Positions 36,950-53,818 of a DNA stretch of 64,000 bases are shown piece after piece; position 1 is the first letter of the stretch; each line of letters opens with the position of its first letter. A program made the position numbers and the translations under genes. The notes under the pieces were generated by a model. It was not told the DNA's origin. It saw only the letters and a program-made list of their open reading frames with translations, and did no database searches. The DNA is from Chloroflexota bacterium (GTDB lineage: Bacteria > Chloroflexota > Limnocylindria > QHBO01), in NCBI GenBank assembly GCA_040902225.1, contig JBBDXT010000007.1, positions 256,346-320,345 of the forward strand, in the 5' to 3' direction.

Positions 36950-37408
36950 CTACATCCGCACGCGCTCCTTGGTCGACCGCTCGAGCTCGCGACGTGCATC
37001 CCGCTCGGCGATGGTGCGGCGCTTGTCGTACGCCTTCTTGCCCCGCGCCACCCCGATCTCGAGCTTTGCCATCCCGTTTCGGATGTACAGCTTGAGTGGG
37101 ACGAGGGTGAATCCCTTGGCCTGGGTTCGCCCGACCAGCTCGGCGATCTGGTCCCGGTGCAGGAGGAGCTTCCGGGTCCGCGTGGGCTCGTGGTTGTTGC
37201 GGTTCCCCTGCTCGTACGGGGCGATGTGCGCGCCGATCAGCCACGCCTCCCCCTTTTCGATCCGCGCGTATGCCTCGGCGAGGTTGACGCGGCCGGCGCG
37301 GATGGACTTGATCTCGGTCCCGGTCAGCGCGATGCCGGCCTCGAGCGTCTCATCGACGGCGTACTCGTGGCGGGCGCGGCGGTTGACGGCGACAGTCTTA
37401 TCGGGCAT
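36950..37408 (-). CDS. smpB: SsrA-binding protein SmpB
   Basis: [11 protein letters not shown]...LLLHRDQI family signature. Confidence 0.92.
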   Translation of the reverse strand: MPDKTVAVNRRARHEYAVDETLEAGIALTGTEIKSIRAGRVNLAEAYARIEKGEAWLIGAHIAPYEQGNRNNHEPTRTRKLLLHRDQIAELVGRTQAKGFTLVPLKLYIRNGMAKLEIGVARGKKAYDKRRTIAERDARRELERSTKERVRM

Positions 37409-37606
37409 CGGAACCTGCGTGAGGGGAACCTGCGTGAGGTCGAGAAAGGAAAGAGCCGACCGTATCGGCCGGCTCTCTCGTCGCTACCACGCGAAGGGGT
37501 GCTAGCGCACCGCCTCGGTGGTGGCGTGACAGGAACTACTCACTGCACACCACCTCCTTTCGTTGCGCGGGATGCTAGCAGTCGGCCGGCCACCATGCAA
37601 TGCCCG

Positions 37607-38920
37607 CTACGCGGCGGCCCGCATCCGGGGGAGAGAGGCGGCGGGTGCCGTCAGCTCGGTGATGGCCCGGTCGAGAATCGGGTCCTGGTCAGGCGGTGTT
37701 TCGTCGGGAACCTCGACCGCGATGTCCGGCTGCACGCCGTTCGGCGCGACCGAGCCGTGGTCCGGAGTGAACCAGCGCGAGATGGTGATCCGAACGCCGC
37801 TGTGGTCGACCAGCTCGGTCCAGACCTGGACCGTGTTCTTGCCGTAGGTCGGCTGGCCGATGATCACACCGCGGCCGGTCTCCTTGATGGCCGCCGCCAC
37901 GATCTCGGATGCCGATGCGCTTCCACCGTTCACGAGCACCGCCAGAGGCAGTTCTGGATCGGTCGCGAGCCCGTCGGCTTTGGCCTCCCAGCGCTTCGTC
38001 TCGCCGCCGGACGACTCCTGGGTGAAGATCAACCCGGAGCCGATGAACTCCGAGGCGACCTCTTGGGCGGCATCGATATAGCCACCCGGGTTGTCCCGCA
38101 GGTCGAAGATGATCGAGTTGGCGCCGTCGTCGAGGAGCGCACCGAGGGCCGTCCGGAATTCATCCGCACTCCGCTGGCTGAAGCCGTGCAGGGCGACGTA
38201 GCCGATCTTGCCCGCTAGCATCCTGCTGCTGACCTCACGCTGGACGATCTTCGCCCGAGTGATGGTGAGGTCGAACGTTCGCTCCCCGCGCCGCAGCGTC
38301 AGGGTGACCTTGGTCCCCGGCTCGCCGCGGACCTTGCCGACCTGGTCCTGGAGGGTGGACCCGTTGACGCTCTCGCCATCCACCGCCAGCACGATGTCGC
38401 CCGAGCGCAGCCCGGCAGCCTCGGCCGGGGAGTCGGCCAGCGGCGCCACGACCACCAGGACGCAGGTCTCGGAGAGCTGCGTGCAAGCCGCCAGGTCATC
38501 GGGATTCTCGGTGTTCTTGACCGACATCTCGACGCCGATCCCGGTGAACTCGCCCGAGAGCGAGCCGAGCGCACGCTGGTACTCGTCGGGGGACATGTAG
38601 CCGCTGAAGGGATCCTTGACTCCGTATTCGAAGAGCCCGCGAATGGCGCCCTCGGCCAGCTGCGTGTCGTCCAGCTTGTCGACGAACTGCTCCTTGAGCT
38701 TGTCGTATGCCTCGCACAGGGCCGCGAACGCCTCGGTCGGGGCGGCGCACGTCCCATCCCGGCTCGCCCCGCCGGCGGCGAGGTAGCCACCCGCGAAGAG
38801 AAGCGAGCCAAGCAGGCTGGCCAGGAGCAGCGAGACGATCCACGTGGCCGGGGACGAGCCTCGAACGGCCGGGCGCTCGGGCGGCGTGGTGGGCAGCGGG
38901 GCAGGGATCTGGTCGCTCAT
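37607..38920 (-). CDS. ctpA: Carboxyl-terminal processing protease (S41A) with PDZ domain
   Basis: N-terminal TM anchor, PDZ (GLRSGDIVLAVDG), S41 catalytic blocks (LVNGGSASASEIVAAA; TYGKNTVQ). Confidence 0.85.
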   Translation of the reverse strand: MSDQIPAPLPTTPPERPAVRGSSPATWIVSLLLASLLGSLLFAGGYLAAGGASRDGTCAAPTEAFAALCEAYDKLKEQFVDKLDDTQLAEGAIRGLFEYGVKDPFSGYMSPDEYQRALGSLSGEFTGIGVEMSVKNTENPDDLAACTQLSETCVLVVVAPLADSPAEAAGLRSGDIVLAVDGESVNGSTLQDQVGKVRGEPGTKVTLTLRRGERTFDLTITRAKIVQREVSSRMLAGKIGYVALHGFSQRSADEFRTALGALLDDGANSIIFDLRDNPGGYIDAAQEVASEFIGSGLIFTQESSGGETKRWEAKADGLATDPELPLAVLVNGGSASASEIVAAAIKETGRGVIIGQPTYGKNTVQVWTELVDHSGVRITISRWFTPDHGSVAPNGVQPDIAVEVPDETPPDQDPILDRAITELTAPAASLPRMRAAA

Positions 38921-38998
38921 CGGCGGCGGAGTGTAGCACCGGCCGGCGGGCGCCCGGTTACGCCTCCATTATGTTTCGCTTATCGCAGCTGCGGCACA

Positions 38999-39892
38999 TC
39001 ACGTGGACGAGGACAGGTTGGCACGCACGCTGATCCAGCTGCCCACCGCTCCCACCCCCAGGCCCACGCCCAGGATGACCGCCGAGAGGACCGCCAGGAA
39101 GTCCGTGCTGACCGCGGTCGGCATCTGGAAGACGCGCACCATGATCGGCTTGATCGGCTCCCAGGCAACCGCCACCAGGATGATGGTGACGACCGCGCCG
39201 ATGACGCCGCACAGGATCCCCTCCAGGATGAACGGCCAGCGAATGAACGAGTCGCTGGCCCCCACCAGGCGCATGATCTCGATCTCGCCGCTGCGGCTGT
39301 AGACGGCGATCCGGATCATGTTCACGATCATGAACAGCACGGTGAGGCCGACCAGCGCGAGGGCGATGAACCCGACCGTGCGGACGTAGCCGATGATCGA
39401 GAGGAGCTTCGCGTAGTCGACCTGGCGGGTGGTGATGCGTTCGACCTCCGATCGCTCGCCCAGCGCACCCTGGACAGACTCGGCGAAGTTCGGATCCGTC
39501 AGCGAGATCTCGACGCTGGCGTACAGGCTGATCGGGGCGCCACCCAGGTCGAGCGTCAGCCCCTGCTGGCGATAGAACTCCTTGAGCCGATCGAGCGCCA
39601 TTTCCGGACTGATGTACTCGGCCTCGCTCACCCCGGGCAGGGCCCGGATGTCGGCCAGCAGGCCGTCGAGCTCGGGCTGTTGCAGATCGTCCTGGAGGCG
39701 GGCGGTGACACCGACCTTGCTCTCGATGTACTGCAGCCCGCTGTCCAGGCCGGCCAGCACGATCAGCAGCCCTGATAGGAGGACCAGCATCAGGACAACC
39801 GTCGAGGTCGCGGCAAGGCTCATCATCGCGTTGCGCCAGAAGCCCTGCCAGGCGCGGACCACCGAGAAGGCGATGAAGCGCACGAGTCGCAT
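38999..39892 (-). CDS. ftsX: Cell division permease-like protein FtsX
   Basis: Four TM helices, FtsX extracellular domain; adjacent ftsE. Confidence 0.88.
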   Translation of the reverse strand: MRLVRFIAFSVVRAWQGFWRNAMMSLAATSTVVLMLVLLSGLLIVLAGLDSGLQYIESKVGVTARLQDDLQQPELDGLLADIRALPGVSEAEYISPEMALDRLKEFYRQQGLTLDLGGAPISLYASVEISLTDPNFAESVQGALGERSEVERITTRQVDYAKLLSIIGYVRTVGFIALALVGLTVLFMIVNMIRIAVYSRSGEIEIMRLVGASDSFIRWPFILEGILCGVIGAVVTIILVAVAWEPIKPIMVRVFQMPTAVSTDFLAVLSAVILGVGLGVGAVGSWISVRANLSSST

Positions 39893-39895
39893 CGG

Positions 39896-40636
39896 CTAGT
39901 ACTCGCGCTCGTACGCCGCGCCGGACTCGTCGCGGACCAGGGTGCCGTGTTCGAGCGCCAGGACGCGACGGCGCATGGCGTTCACGATCTCCTGGTTGTG
40001 GGTCGCCATCAGCACGGTGGTGCCCATCGCGTTGATCTGGATCAGGAGCTGGATCAGGTCCCAGCTGGTGACGGGATCCAGGTTGCCGGTCGGCTCGTCC
40101 GCGATCAGCATCGCCGGATCGTGGACCAGTGCGCGCGCGATGGCGGTGCGCTGCTGCTCGCCGCCCGAGAGCTGGGCCGGCAGGTGCTCGTCATGCTCGT
40201 GCAGGCCGACCAGGCTCAGGAGCCGCGGCACCCGGTACCGGATCTCCGCGCTCGACGCGCCGGTCACCTCCAGGGCAAAGGCGACATTCTCGTACACCGT
40301 CTTGGCGGGCAGCAGCCGGAAGTCCTGGAAGACGATCCCGATCCGACGCCGGAGCGAGGGGACCTGGCTGCGCCGCATCGTCGACAGGTCGCGGCCCGCC
40401 ACCACGACGCGGCCGGCCGTGGGCAACTGCTCGCGGATGAGGAGGCGGATGAAGGTGCTCTTGCCGGCTCCCGACGGGCCGACCAGGAAGACGAAATCGC
40501 CCTCGGGAATGCTCACGTTCACGTCGACCAGCGCGACCTTGCCGTTGGGATAGGTCATCCCGACGTCCACCATGCTGATCACCGGCTCGACCGCCTCCGG
40601 GACCGCCACGTAGGGGAGCCGCAGCGCGTCGGTCAT
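39896..40636 (-). CDS. ftsE: Cell division ATP-binding protein FtsE
   Basis: Walker [29 protein letters not shown]. Confidence 0.9.
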   Translation of the reverse strand: MTDALRLPYVAVPEAVEPVISMVDVGMTYPNGKVALVDVNVSIPEGDFVFLVGPSGAGKSTFIRLLIREQLPTAGRVVVAGRDLSTMRRSQVPSLRRRIGIVFQDFRLLPAKTVYENVAFALEVTGASSAEIRYRVPRLLSLVGLHEHDEHLPAQLSGGEQQRTAIARALVHDPAMLIADEPTGNLDPVTSWDLIQLLIQINAMGTTVLMATHNQEIVNAMRRRVLALEHGTLVRDESGAAYEREY

Positions 40637-41749
40637 GTTGCCGCCACCTCACCGATCCGCGAGCGCAGGTAGCCCTCGATGAAGGCGTCCAGGTCGCCGT
40701 CCAGGACGGCGCTGGGATTCGAGGTCTCCACGCCGGTGCGCAGGTCCTTGACCATGGTGTAGGGCTGCAGCACGTAGCTGCGGATCTGGTTCCCCCAGCC
40801 AGCCTCGACGTGCTCTCCGCGCAGCCGCGCCATCTCCGCCTCGCGCTCCTCCTCGGCGCGCTCGACCAGCTTGGCACGCAGCACCGCCATCCCCCGCTCC
40901 CGGTTCTGGATCTGGCTGCGCTCGTTCTGGCAGGTGACCACGATCCCGGTTGGCAGGTGGGTGATGCGCACCGCAGAGTCGGTCTTGTTGACGTGCTGCC
41001 CGCCGGCCCCGGATGCCCGATAGGTGTCGACCTTCAGGTCGCGCTCGTCGATCTCGATCGCCGCGTCCTCGGGGACCTCGGGCATCACTTCCACCAGCGC
41101 GAAGCTGGTGTGGCGGCGGTTCTGAGAGTCGAACGGGCTGATGCGCACCAGCCGATGCACCCCGCGCTCGCTGCGCAGGCGACCGTAGGCCCAGCGACCG
41201 TCGATGGCGACCGTGACGCTCTTCAAGCCGGCCTCCTCGCCCTCGGTCTGGTCGAGGATCTCGGTCCGATACTTGTTTCGCTCCGCCCAGCGCAGGTACA
41301 TGCGCAGCAGCATCTCCGCCCAGTCCTGGCTCTCCGTCCCGCCCGCGCCGGCATGGACCGATACGATCGCCGGCCGCTCGTCGTAGGGCTCCGAGAGCAG
41401 GAGACGCCCCTCCATCCGGTTCCAGTCGGCGCTGAGGCCGGCGAGGTCCCGCTCGAGGTCGGCAGCCAGCTCGGCCCCTCCATCGGGCTCCGCTGCCGCC
41501 AACTCCGCCATCTCGGCCAGTGCGCCGGCTCGGGCGCCGAGCTCCTGCCAGGCACCGATCTCCTCGCGCAGCTCATCGGCACGGCGCAGCACCGTCTGTG
41601 CCGCAGCGGGATCGTCCCAGAAGCCGGGTTCGGAGGATCGCGAGGTCAGCTCCGCGAGCTCGAGTTCCTTGGCGGGCAGGTCAAAGGCGCACCGCCGTGT
41701 CGGCCACGAGGCGCGCCAGCCGGAGCGCCTCGTCCTTAATTGCGTCCAA
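40633..41749 (-). CDS. prfB: Peptide chain release factor 2, with programmed +1 frameshift (CTT TGA C at 41686-41680) and probable TTG start
   Basis: Short frame-0 segment (TTG)DAIKDEALRLARLVADTAVRL-UGA, then +1 frame DLPAKELELAELTS... through the SPF and GGQ motifs (RASGAGGQHVNKT). Confidence 0.85.
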
Positions 41750-42035
41750 GGGCCGACACCATGGGGAGCTCCATCTCCGTCAACCGCACGCTCTTGCTGC
41801 GCACCCTCGCCGGGTTCACGCAGGGACAGTAGTCCTTGCGCGGGCACGAGCCGCAGTTGCCGTCGCAGTCGAGGGTCATGGCGTAGCTGCAGCGCATGCA
41901 GTCGCGCTCGCAGACGATGAGGTCTTCGTAGGGGAGGGAGGGGTCTCGGAAGCGGGTGACCAGCGGCAGCTCGGTCGTCTGAGGGGTGGAGGTGAGGGTC
42001 TCGGAACCTCGACGAGGGGTGGTCAGCTGCTTCAC
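41736..42035 (-). CDS. Small Cys-rich protein (~99 aa; CxxxCxxC ... CxxxCxxC ... CPC), unknown function
   Basis: GTG start preceded by AAGAGGAGG + 4 nt; eight Cys in 35 residues; sits between secA stop and prfB start, overlapping the prfB 5' end by 14 nt. Confidence 0.4.
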   Translation of the reverse strand: MKQLTTPRRGSETLTSTPQTTELPLVTRFRDPSLPYEDLIVCERDCMRCSYAMTLDCDGNCGSCPRKDYCPCVNPARVRSKSVRLTEMELPMVSALGRN

Positions 42036-42139
42036 GTAGCCTCCTCTTGCGAGAAATCGCGAGGTCATTAGGCCTCGCGATCCTGAGCACGTATCGTACC
42101 CGGTCTGAGCGGGTTCGCCAACCCCCAAGTCAGGCGTCT

Positions 42140-45016
<2,877 letters not shown>

Positions 45017-45064
45017 CTCAGAGTTCGAGTATATCCGGAAGGACCGATCAGTCCCGATCGGCGG

Positions 45065-46099
45065 TCAGCCCTCGGCGGCGGCCGCCGGCGAATCCTCCGG
45101 TTCCTCGCCCGCTGCGTGGCTGCCCCAGAAGGTCATCTCCTCCACCAGCTGGACCTCGGACGAGAAGAGTGCGCCCACGCTCTCGCCGCGGTGGATGCGC
45201 TTGATCGCCTCACCGAAGAGCGGCGCGATCGACAGGACGGTGACCTTGTCGCGGTTCGCGCCGGCCGGGAGCGGGATCGTGTCGGTGACGATCACCTCCG
45301 TCAGCGGGCTGGCCTCGATGTGGTCCAGCGACCGGTTCGAGAAGACGCCGTGGGTGGCGCAGGAGTAGATGGCGACTGCCCCCTCCGCCACCAGCGCGGA
45401 GACAGCCTCGAGCAGCGACCCCGCGGTGTCGATCTCATCGTCGATGATCACCGCCGTCTTCCCGGCCACCTCGCCGATGATGTTCATCAGCTCGGTCTTG
45501 TCCTCGTTGCCGACGCGGCGCTTCTCGACGATTGCCAGCGGGGCCCGGAGGATCTCGGCGAAGTTGCGGGCCTTCTTGGCGAAGCCCAGCTCGCTGACGA
45601 CGACGACGTCATCCAGGGCCTTGTCGCGGATGTAGCGCGAGAGGATGTTGACCGCGGTCAGCTCGTCGACTGGGATGCTGAAGAAGCCCTGGATCTGGCC
45701 CTGGTGGAGGTCCATGGTGAGGACCCGATCCGCCCCGGCCACGGTCAGCATGTCGGCGACCAGGCGCGCCGTGATCGGCACGCGTGGCTGGTCCTTCTTG
45801 TCAGAGCGCCCGTAGGCGTAGTAGGGCATCACGGCGGTGATCCGCCCGGCGCTCGCCCGCTTGAAGGCGTCGATCATGATCAGCAGCTCCATGACGGAGT
45901 CGTTGACCGGGCGCGAGGTCGGCTGCACCAGGAAGACGTCCTGCTCGCGCACGTTCTCCATGACGCGCACGAAGATGTTGTCGTTGGCGAACTTGAAGAC
46001 CTCGGCCTTGCCGAGCTCTGTGCGGAGGTAGCGGCAGATCTGTTCGGCGAGCGGCCTGTTGGCGTTGCCGGCGTAGATGCTGAACTCGTCGGCGTACAC
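45065..46099 (-). CDS. prs: Ribose-phosphate pyrophosphokinase
   Basis: PRPP synthetase signature and PRPP-binding loop (VIIDDEIDTAGSL). Confidence 0.9.
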   Translation of the reverse strand: MYADEFSIYAGNANRPLAEQICRYLRTELGKAEVFKFANDNIFVRVMENVREQDVFLVQPTSRPVNDSVMELLIMIDAFKRASAGRITAVMPYYAYGRSDKKDQPRVPITARLVADMLTVAGADRVLTMDLHQGQIQGFFSIPVDELTAVNILSRYIRDKALDDVVVVSELGFAKKARNFAEILRAPLAIVEKRRVGNEDKTELMNIIGEVAGKTAVIIDDEIDTAGSLLEAVSALVAEGAVAIYSCATHGVFSNRSLDHIEASPLTEVIVTDTIPLPAGANRDKVTVLSIAPLFGEAIKRIHRGESVGALFSSEVQLVEEMTFWGSHAAGEEPEDSPAAAAEG

Positions 46100-46157
46100 T
46101 CGGATCTCCGGTGCGGCTGGTCTCCCGGACCCGATTCTAGCCGCTCCGCGCCCTTTC

Positions 46158-48677
46158 TCAGCCCTCGGTTTCCGCGTCCTCGTCCACGACTGGCGGGCGA
46201 TCGTCCACGAAGACGGCGATCGAGACGATCCGATCGCCCTCGCCGGGCTTCATGACGGTCACCCCTCGCGACGCACGACGGTAGCGGTTCACGCTGCTGA
46301 CCTCGGTGCGCAGGATCGTCCCCTCCTCGGTGATCAGCATCAGCTCCTCGTCCTCGCGGCCCACGACGCGCACGGCCGCCACTTTGCCCGTATCGGCGTT
46401 CAGTGAGTTGGCGATCACCCCACCGGTGGCGCGATGCTTGACCGGGAAGTCGTCGAGCATGGTGCGCTTGCCGTAGCCCTGCTCGGTGACCACCAGCAGC
46501 TCGGCGGAGGGAGCGACCACCTCCATGCCGATCACTTCGTCGTCGCCGCGCAGCCGGATCCCGGTCACGCCACGGGTGTCGCGCCCCATCGGCCTGACCT
46601 CCGTCTCGTGGAAGCGGGCGGCCTGTCCGTTGCGGGTGGCGAGGATGATGTCGTTCTCCCCATCGGTGAGCCCCACCCAGCGCAGCTCGTCGCCCTCCAC
46701 CAGGCTGATGGCGATGAGCCCGTTGCTGCGGATCTTGGCGTACTCGGCCAGCGAGGTCTTCTTGATCATCCCGCCGCGAGTGGCCATCGCCATGTAGTGA
46801 TCGGCCTCGAACTGGGGGATGGTGATGATGGCGCTGACGTACTCGCCCTGGTCGACCATCACGCCGGGCAGGTTGATGATCGGCAGCCCCTTCGCCTGGC
46901 GGCTCGCCTCGGGAAGGGTGTGAACCTTGGTGATGAAGACGCGCCCGCGGTTGGTGAAGAAGAGGATGTTGTCGTGGGTGTTCGCCACCATGAGGTGCCT
47001 CACGGCGTCCTCTTCGCGGGTGATCATGGCCAGCTTCCCCTTGCCGCCGCGGCGCTGGGAGCGGAAGGTGCCGATCTGCTGGCGCTTGATGTAGCCGCGC
47101 TGCGAGAGGGTGACGACGACGTCCTCGGCGGCCACCAGGTCCTCTGCGGTCAGCTCCCGGTTGGCATCCGACTCGATCCGTGTCTTGCGGTCGTCCCCGT
47201 ACTTGCGGATCAGCTCCTCGAGCTCGTCGCGGATCGCGGTGAGGACCTTGCGCGGGTTGGCGAGCAGGTCCTCGAGCTCCGCGATCAAGCGGATCACGCT
47301 TTCGTACTCGTCCTCGATCTTCTTGCGCTCGAGGGCGGCCAGCCGGCGCAGCTGCATCTCGAGGATGGCGTTGGCCTGCGCCTCGCTGAGCTTGAATCGC
47401 TGCACCAGCGCCGATCGCGCGGCATCGGTGTCGGCTGAGGCTCGGATCGTCTTGATCACCTCGTCGAGGTTGTCGAGCGCGATCTTCAGGCCCTCGAGGA
47501 TGTGCGCCCGCTCGCGGGCGCGGGCAAGGTCGAACTCGGTCCGGCGCCGGACGATCTCGCGCCGATAGGCGATGTAGTGCTCGAGCATCCGCTTCAGGCC
47601 GAGCGTCTGCGGCTGCCCGTCCACCAGCGCCAGCACGTTGGCGCTGAAGCTCGTCTGCAGCGCGGTGTGCTTGAAGAGCTGCTGCATCACGGTATGCGGT
47701 GACCCGTCACGCTTGATCTCGACGACGATGCGCATCCCCGTCCTGTCGCTTTCGTCGCGAATGTCGCTGACGTCGGTGATCCGCTTCCCGCTGACCAACT
47801 CGGCCATCTTCTCGATCAGGGTCGTCTTGTTGACCTGGTACGGGAGCTCTGTGATGACCACCGAGATGCGTCCGCGAGCGTCCTCCTCGAAGGCGACCTG
47901 GCCGCGGATCACCACCCGCCCACGCCCGGTGGCGTACATGTGGCGGATGACGTCGACCCGCTCCTTCTCGCCGGTGAGGCTGTTGCGCTGGTCCTCGACG
48001 CGGAAGATCGTGCCGCCCGTGGGGAAGTCCGGCCCATGCACGATCTCGCACAGGTCGTCGACGGTGATGTCGGGATTGTCGATCAGCTCGATCACCGCGC
48101 GGCAGATCTCGGTCAGGTTGTGCGGCGGGATGTTGGTCGCCATCCCGACCGCGATCCCGGAGCTCCCGTTGATCAGCAGGTTGGGCAGCCGCGCGGGAAG
48201 GACCGTCGGCTCACGAAGGCGGCCGTCGTAGTTGTCGACGAAGTCGACCGTCTCCTTCTCGATGTCGGCCAGCATCTCGTCGCTGATCGCGGTCAGGCGA
48301 GCCTCGGTGTAGCGATAGGCGGCCGCCGGGTCGCCGTCGATCGACCCGAAGTTGCCCTGGCCGTCGACCAGTGGGTAGCGGAGGCTGAAGTCCTGCGCCA
48401 TGCGCACGAGGGCGTCGTACAGCGCCACGTCGCCGTGCGGGTGATACTTGGCGAGCGCGTCACCCACGACCCCCGCGCACTTGCGATAGGCCGATGTCGA
48501 GCGAAGGCCCATCTCGTGCATCGTGTACAGGATTCGGCGATGCACCGGCTTGAGCCCGTCGCGGACGTCGGGCAGCGCCCGCGCGACGATGACGCTCATC
48601 GCGTAGTCGATGTAGGCCGATCGCATCTCGTCCTCGATCGAGACACGCCGCACGGCGTCGGTCCGGTCTGAATCCAT
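46158..48677 (-). CDS. gyrA: DNA gyrase subunit A
   Basis: Active-site region AMRYTEARL with Tyr, QRDR (HPHGD), C-terminal beta-pinwheel repeats. Confidence 0.95.
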   Translation of the reverse strand: MDSDRTDAVRRVSIEDEMRSAYIDYAMSVIVARALPDVRDGLKPVHRRILYTMHEMGLRSTSAYRKCAGVVGDALAKYHPHGDVALYDALVRMAQDFSLRYPLVDGQGNFGSIDGDPAAAYRYTEARLTAISDEMLADIEKETVDFVDNYDGRLREPTVLPARLPNLLINGSSGIAVGMATNIPPHNLTEICRAVIELIDNPDITVDDLCEIVHGPDFPTGGTIFRVEDQRNSLTGEKERVDVIRHMYATGRGRVVIRGQVAFEEDARGRISVVITELPYQVNKTTLIEKMAELVSGKRITDVSDIRDESDRTGMRIVVEIKRDGSPHTVMQQLFKHTALQTSFSANVLALVDGQPQTLGLKRMLEHYIAYRREIVRRRTEFDLARARERAHILEGLKIALDNLDEVIKTIRASADTDAARSALVQRFKLSEAQANAILEMQLRRLAALERKKIEDEYESVIRLIAELEDLLANPRKVLTAIRDELEELIRKYGDDRKTRIESDANRELTAEDLVAAEDVVVTLSQRGYIKRQQIGTFRSQRRGGKGKLAMITREEDAVRHLMVANTHDNILFFTNRGRVFITKVHTLPEASRQAKGLPIINLPGVMVDQGEYVSAIITIPQFEADHYMAMATRGGMIKKTSLAEYAKIRSNGLIAISLVEGDELRWVGLTDGENDIILATRNGQAARFHETEVRPMGRDTRGVTGIRLRGDDEVIGMEVVAPSAELLVVTEQGYGKRTMLDDFPVKHRATGGVIANSLNADTGKVAAVRVVGREDEELMLITEEGTILRTEVSSVNRYRRASRGVTVMKPGEGDRIVSIAVFVDDRPPVVDEDAETEG

Positions 48678-48720
48678 CGGCTCGGCTACTCCTGTTCGCC
48701 TGTCGCTTTTGTCGCCGTCG

Positions 48721-49257
48721 TCATTCGCGGCGAGCCCCGGCCGCGGTCACATCGGCGGGCATGCCATATCGGGTCTTGAGCTCGGCCTTGACGGACGGGC
48801 TCGCTCCCAGGAAGCGGCCGTGGCCCTCGGCGATCAGGCGGCCGTCCGACCCTCGAACCTCGCCGCTGACCTGGTAGATCCGGCGCCGCCGCTCGGTCAC
48901 CCAGCCGCGCGCGGTGAGGGGCTCGCCCGGGTTCGCGGGCGAGCGATAACGGACCGAGATCTCGGCCGTGACCGCCCATGAGTCGAAGCTGGACGGTGCC
49001 CAGGCCATCACCTCGTCGAGCAGGGTCGCCAGCAGCCCGCCGTGGACCTTCTCCTCCCACCCGACATAGTTCGGGCCTGGAGTCCACGTGGTGCTGGCCG
49101 TGCCCTCGCCAAGCTCGATCGCCAGGTGCATGCCGATCTGATTCGTGCCGCCACACGCGAAGCAGTTGTGGTCTGCGAACGCGTAGCGTCGGCCGTCGGT
49201 GCCCTCGATCAGCCGGCTGCTGCCGATCGTTGCCGCCTTGCCGTTCGCCGTGCTCAC
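48721..49257 (-). CDS. Hotdog-fold thioesterase (PaaI family-like)
   Basis: Hotdog core [17 protein letters not shown]; small size. Confidence 0.55.
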   Translation of the reverse strand: MSTANGKAATIGSSRLIEGTDGRRYAFADHNCFACGGTNQIGMHLAIELGEGTASTTWTPGPNYVGWEEKVHGGLLATLLDEVMAWAPSSFDSWAVTAEISVRYRSPANPGEPLTARGWVTERRRRIYQVSGEVRGSDGRLIAEGHGRFLGASPSVKAELKTRYGMPADVTAAGARRE

Positions 49258-49502
49258 CAGCGGTCATCCTCATCGTCCCAGAAGCTCTCGGCGCCGAACT
49301 CGTCGGTGCGCGATGGTCGGAGGCAATGGGCGGCGATGGCCAGCGCGAAGGCGTGGCTGACCGCATATCCATCGCGCAGGAAGTTGACGGCGTCGCGGCG
49401 CTCCCCCACGCCGTTCGCCTCGAGCAGGGCGCACCAGTCCTCGAGCTTGCGGCCGGTCTTTCCCTCGACCTGGCGAATGTCGGCAACGTGTCGGCTTGGC
49501 AT
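49254..49502 (-). CDS. DUF4287 domain protein
   Basis: Small conserved protein matching the DUF4287 pattern (GKTGRKLEDWCALLEANG...RDGYAVSHAFA). Confidence 0.5.
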   Translation of the reverse strand: MPSRHVADIRQVEGKTGRKLEDWCALLEANGVGERRDAVNFLRDGYAVSHAFALAIAAHCLRPSRTDEFGAESFWDDEDDRW

Positions 49503-49522
49503 GGTTCTGGCATCGGCTCCGT

Positions 49523-52348
<2,826 letters not shown>

Positions 52349-52356
<8 letters not shown>

Positions 52357-53116
52357 GCGCCGTGACCTCGGCCGCCAGACGCCCGTATGCATCGGCACCC
52401 CGCGAGGATGGATCGTAGATCGCAATCGGCACGCCGTGGCTGGGCGCCTCGGACAGGCGGACGCTGCGCGGGACGACGGTGTCGTACACCGCCCCCTCGA
52501 GATGGCGACGAACCTCCGCAGCGACCTGCACCGCCAGCCTCGTTCGGCCGTCGTACATGGTGAGCAGCACGCCATCGATCTCCAGGCGTGGGTTGAGCGC
52601 CTCCCGCACCATGCGGATCGTATTCACCAACTGGCTCAGTCCCTCAAGCGCGTAATACTCGGTCTGGATCGGGATCAGGACCCCGTCCGCGGCAGTGAGG
52701 GCGTTCACCGTCAGGAGCCCGAGCGAGGGCGGGCAGTCGATGAGCACCCTGTCATATCGTTGACCCAGGTCAGCCAGGCTGGCCGAGAGCCGATGCTCGC
52801 GCGCCGGCAGGCCGACCAGCTCGACCTCTGCGCCCGACAGGGCCAGCGCGGCTGGCACCAGGTCGAGCCCGGGAACCGATGTTCCGACCACCAGCTCGCT
52901 GATTGGGACCCGGTCGATGAGAGCGTCGTATACGGACCGATCGAGCGACCTTCGGTCGACCCCGAGGCCGCTCGTTGCGTTTCCCTGCGGGTCAAGGTCG
53001 ATGACCAGGGTCGAGGTTCCGGAGAGGGCGAGATACGCCGCCAGGTTGACGACGGTCGTCGTCTTGCCAACGCCGCCCTTCTGGTTGGTACATGCCGTGA
53101 CCCTGATCGCCGGCAC
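52349..53116 (-). CDS. parA: Chromosome partitioning ATPase ParA (Soj)
   Basis: Deviant Walker A KGGVGKTTT. Confidence 0.92.
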
Positions 53117-53202
53117 TCCGCTGCGAGTTCGAAATGGGCCGCCTCATTCTACCAGTCGAGACCCTTATCGAAGGCTTATCGCGACGTTATGGAGGCTCGA
53201 AA

Positions 53203-53216
53203 GTTTCACGTGAAAC
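53203..53216. promoter_or_regulatory. parS centromere-like site (GTTTCACGTGAAAC)
   Basis: Perfect 14-bp palindrome matching the core of the consensus tGTTTCACGTGAAACa, 90 bp upstream of the parA start. Confidence 0.7.
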
Positions 53217-53313
53217 GACACTTCCGCGCCTCGGACGAGCCAGCACCCTCGGTATACTCGCAAGGCCGCCCGTTTGGAGCCCCAGCCGTCGCCGAGCCGG
53301 TCGAGGAACGCAG

Positions 53314-53811
53314 ATCAGCTACGCCACTCTCCTCCTCGCAATCCTGATCGGGATCCTGCACGCCGCAGTTGCTCCCGTTCTCGTCATCGGCGACGTGCAT
53401 CCGAACCTCATCCTGGTGGCCGTCGTGCTGGTCACCGTGTTGAATGGCTTCGGACCCGGGGTGGCATGGGCCTTCGTCGGCGGCTTGACCGCAAACCTGC
53501 TGATTCGAGAGCCGCTCGGCAGCCTCCCCCTCGCCCTCCTGCTGGTCGCCGCGGCGGTCGCCGGGGGCGAACGCCTCCTCGGTCGCCTGTCGTGGGGATA
53601 CCCCCTCGCATCGGTGGCGGTCGGCTCGCTCATCGTCGACACGATCAGCGTCGGGATCCTGCAGATGGTGGACCTGCCGCTGTCCGGCGGCTTTCCCATG
53701 CAACGGATCATCGCCGCCTCGCTTCTGAACACGGCGATTGCCGCGATCGTCCTCCCCCCGACTCGGATCCTGTTGGCGCGCGCCGGTTCTGCGGAGACGG
53801 GGGCATGGTGA
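53314..53811 (+). CDS. mreD: Rod shape-determining membrane protein MreD-like (start uncertain; possibly ATC 53314 with GAGGAA RBS)
   Basis: Small polytopic membrane protein immediately upstream of pbp2-rodA. No ATG, GTG or TTG precedes the first TM helix in frame. Confidence 0.45.
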   Translation: MSYATLLLAILIGILHAAVAPVLVIGDVHPNLILVAVVLVTVLNGFGPGVAWAFVGGLTANLLIREPLGSLPLALLLVAAAVAGGERLLGRLSWGYPLASVAVGSLIVDTISVGILQMVDLPLSGGFPMQRIIAASLLNTAIAAIVLPPTRILLARAGSAETGAW

Positions 53812-53818
53812 TCGGCTG

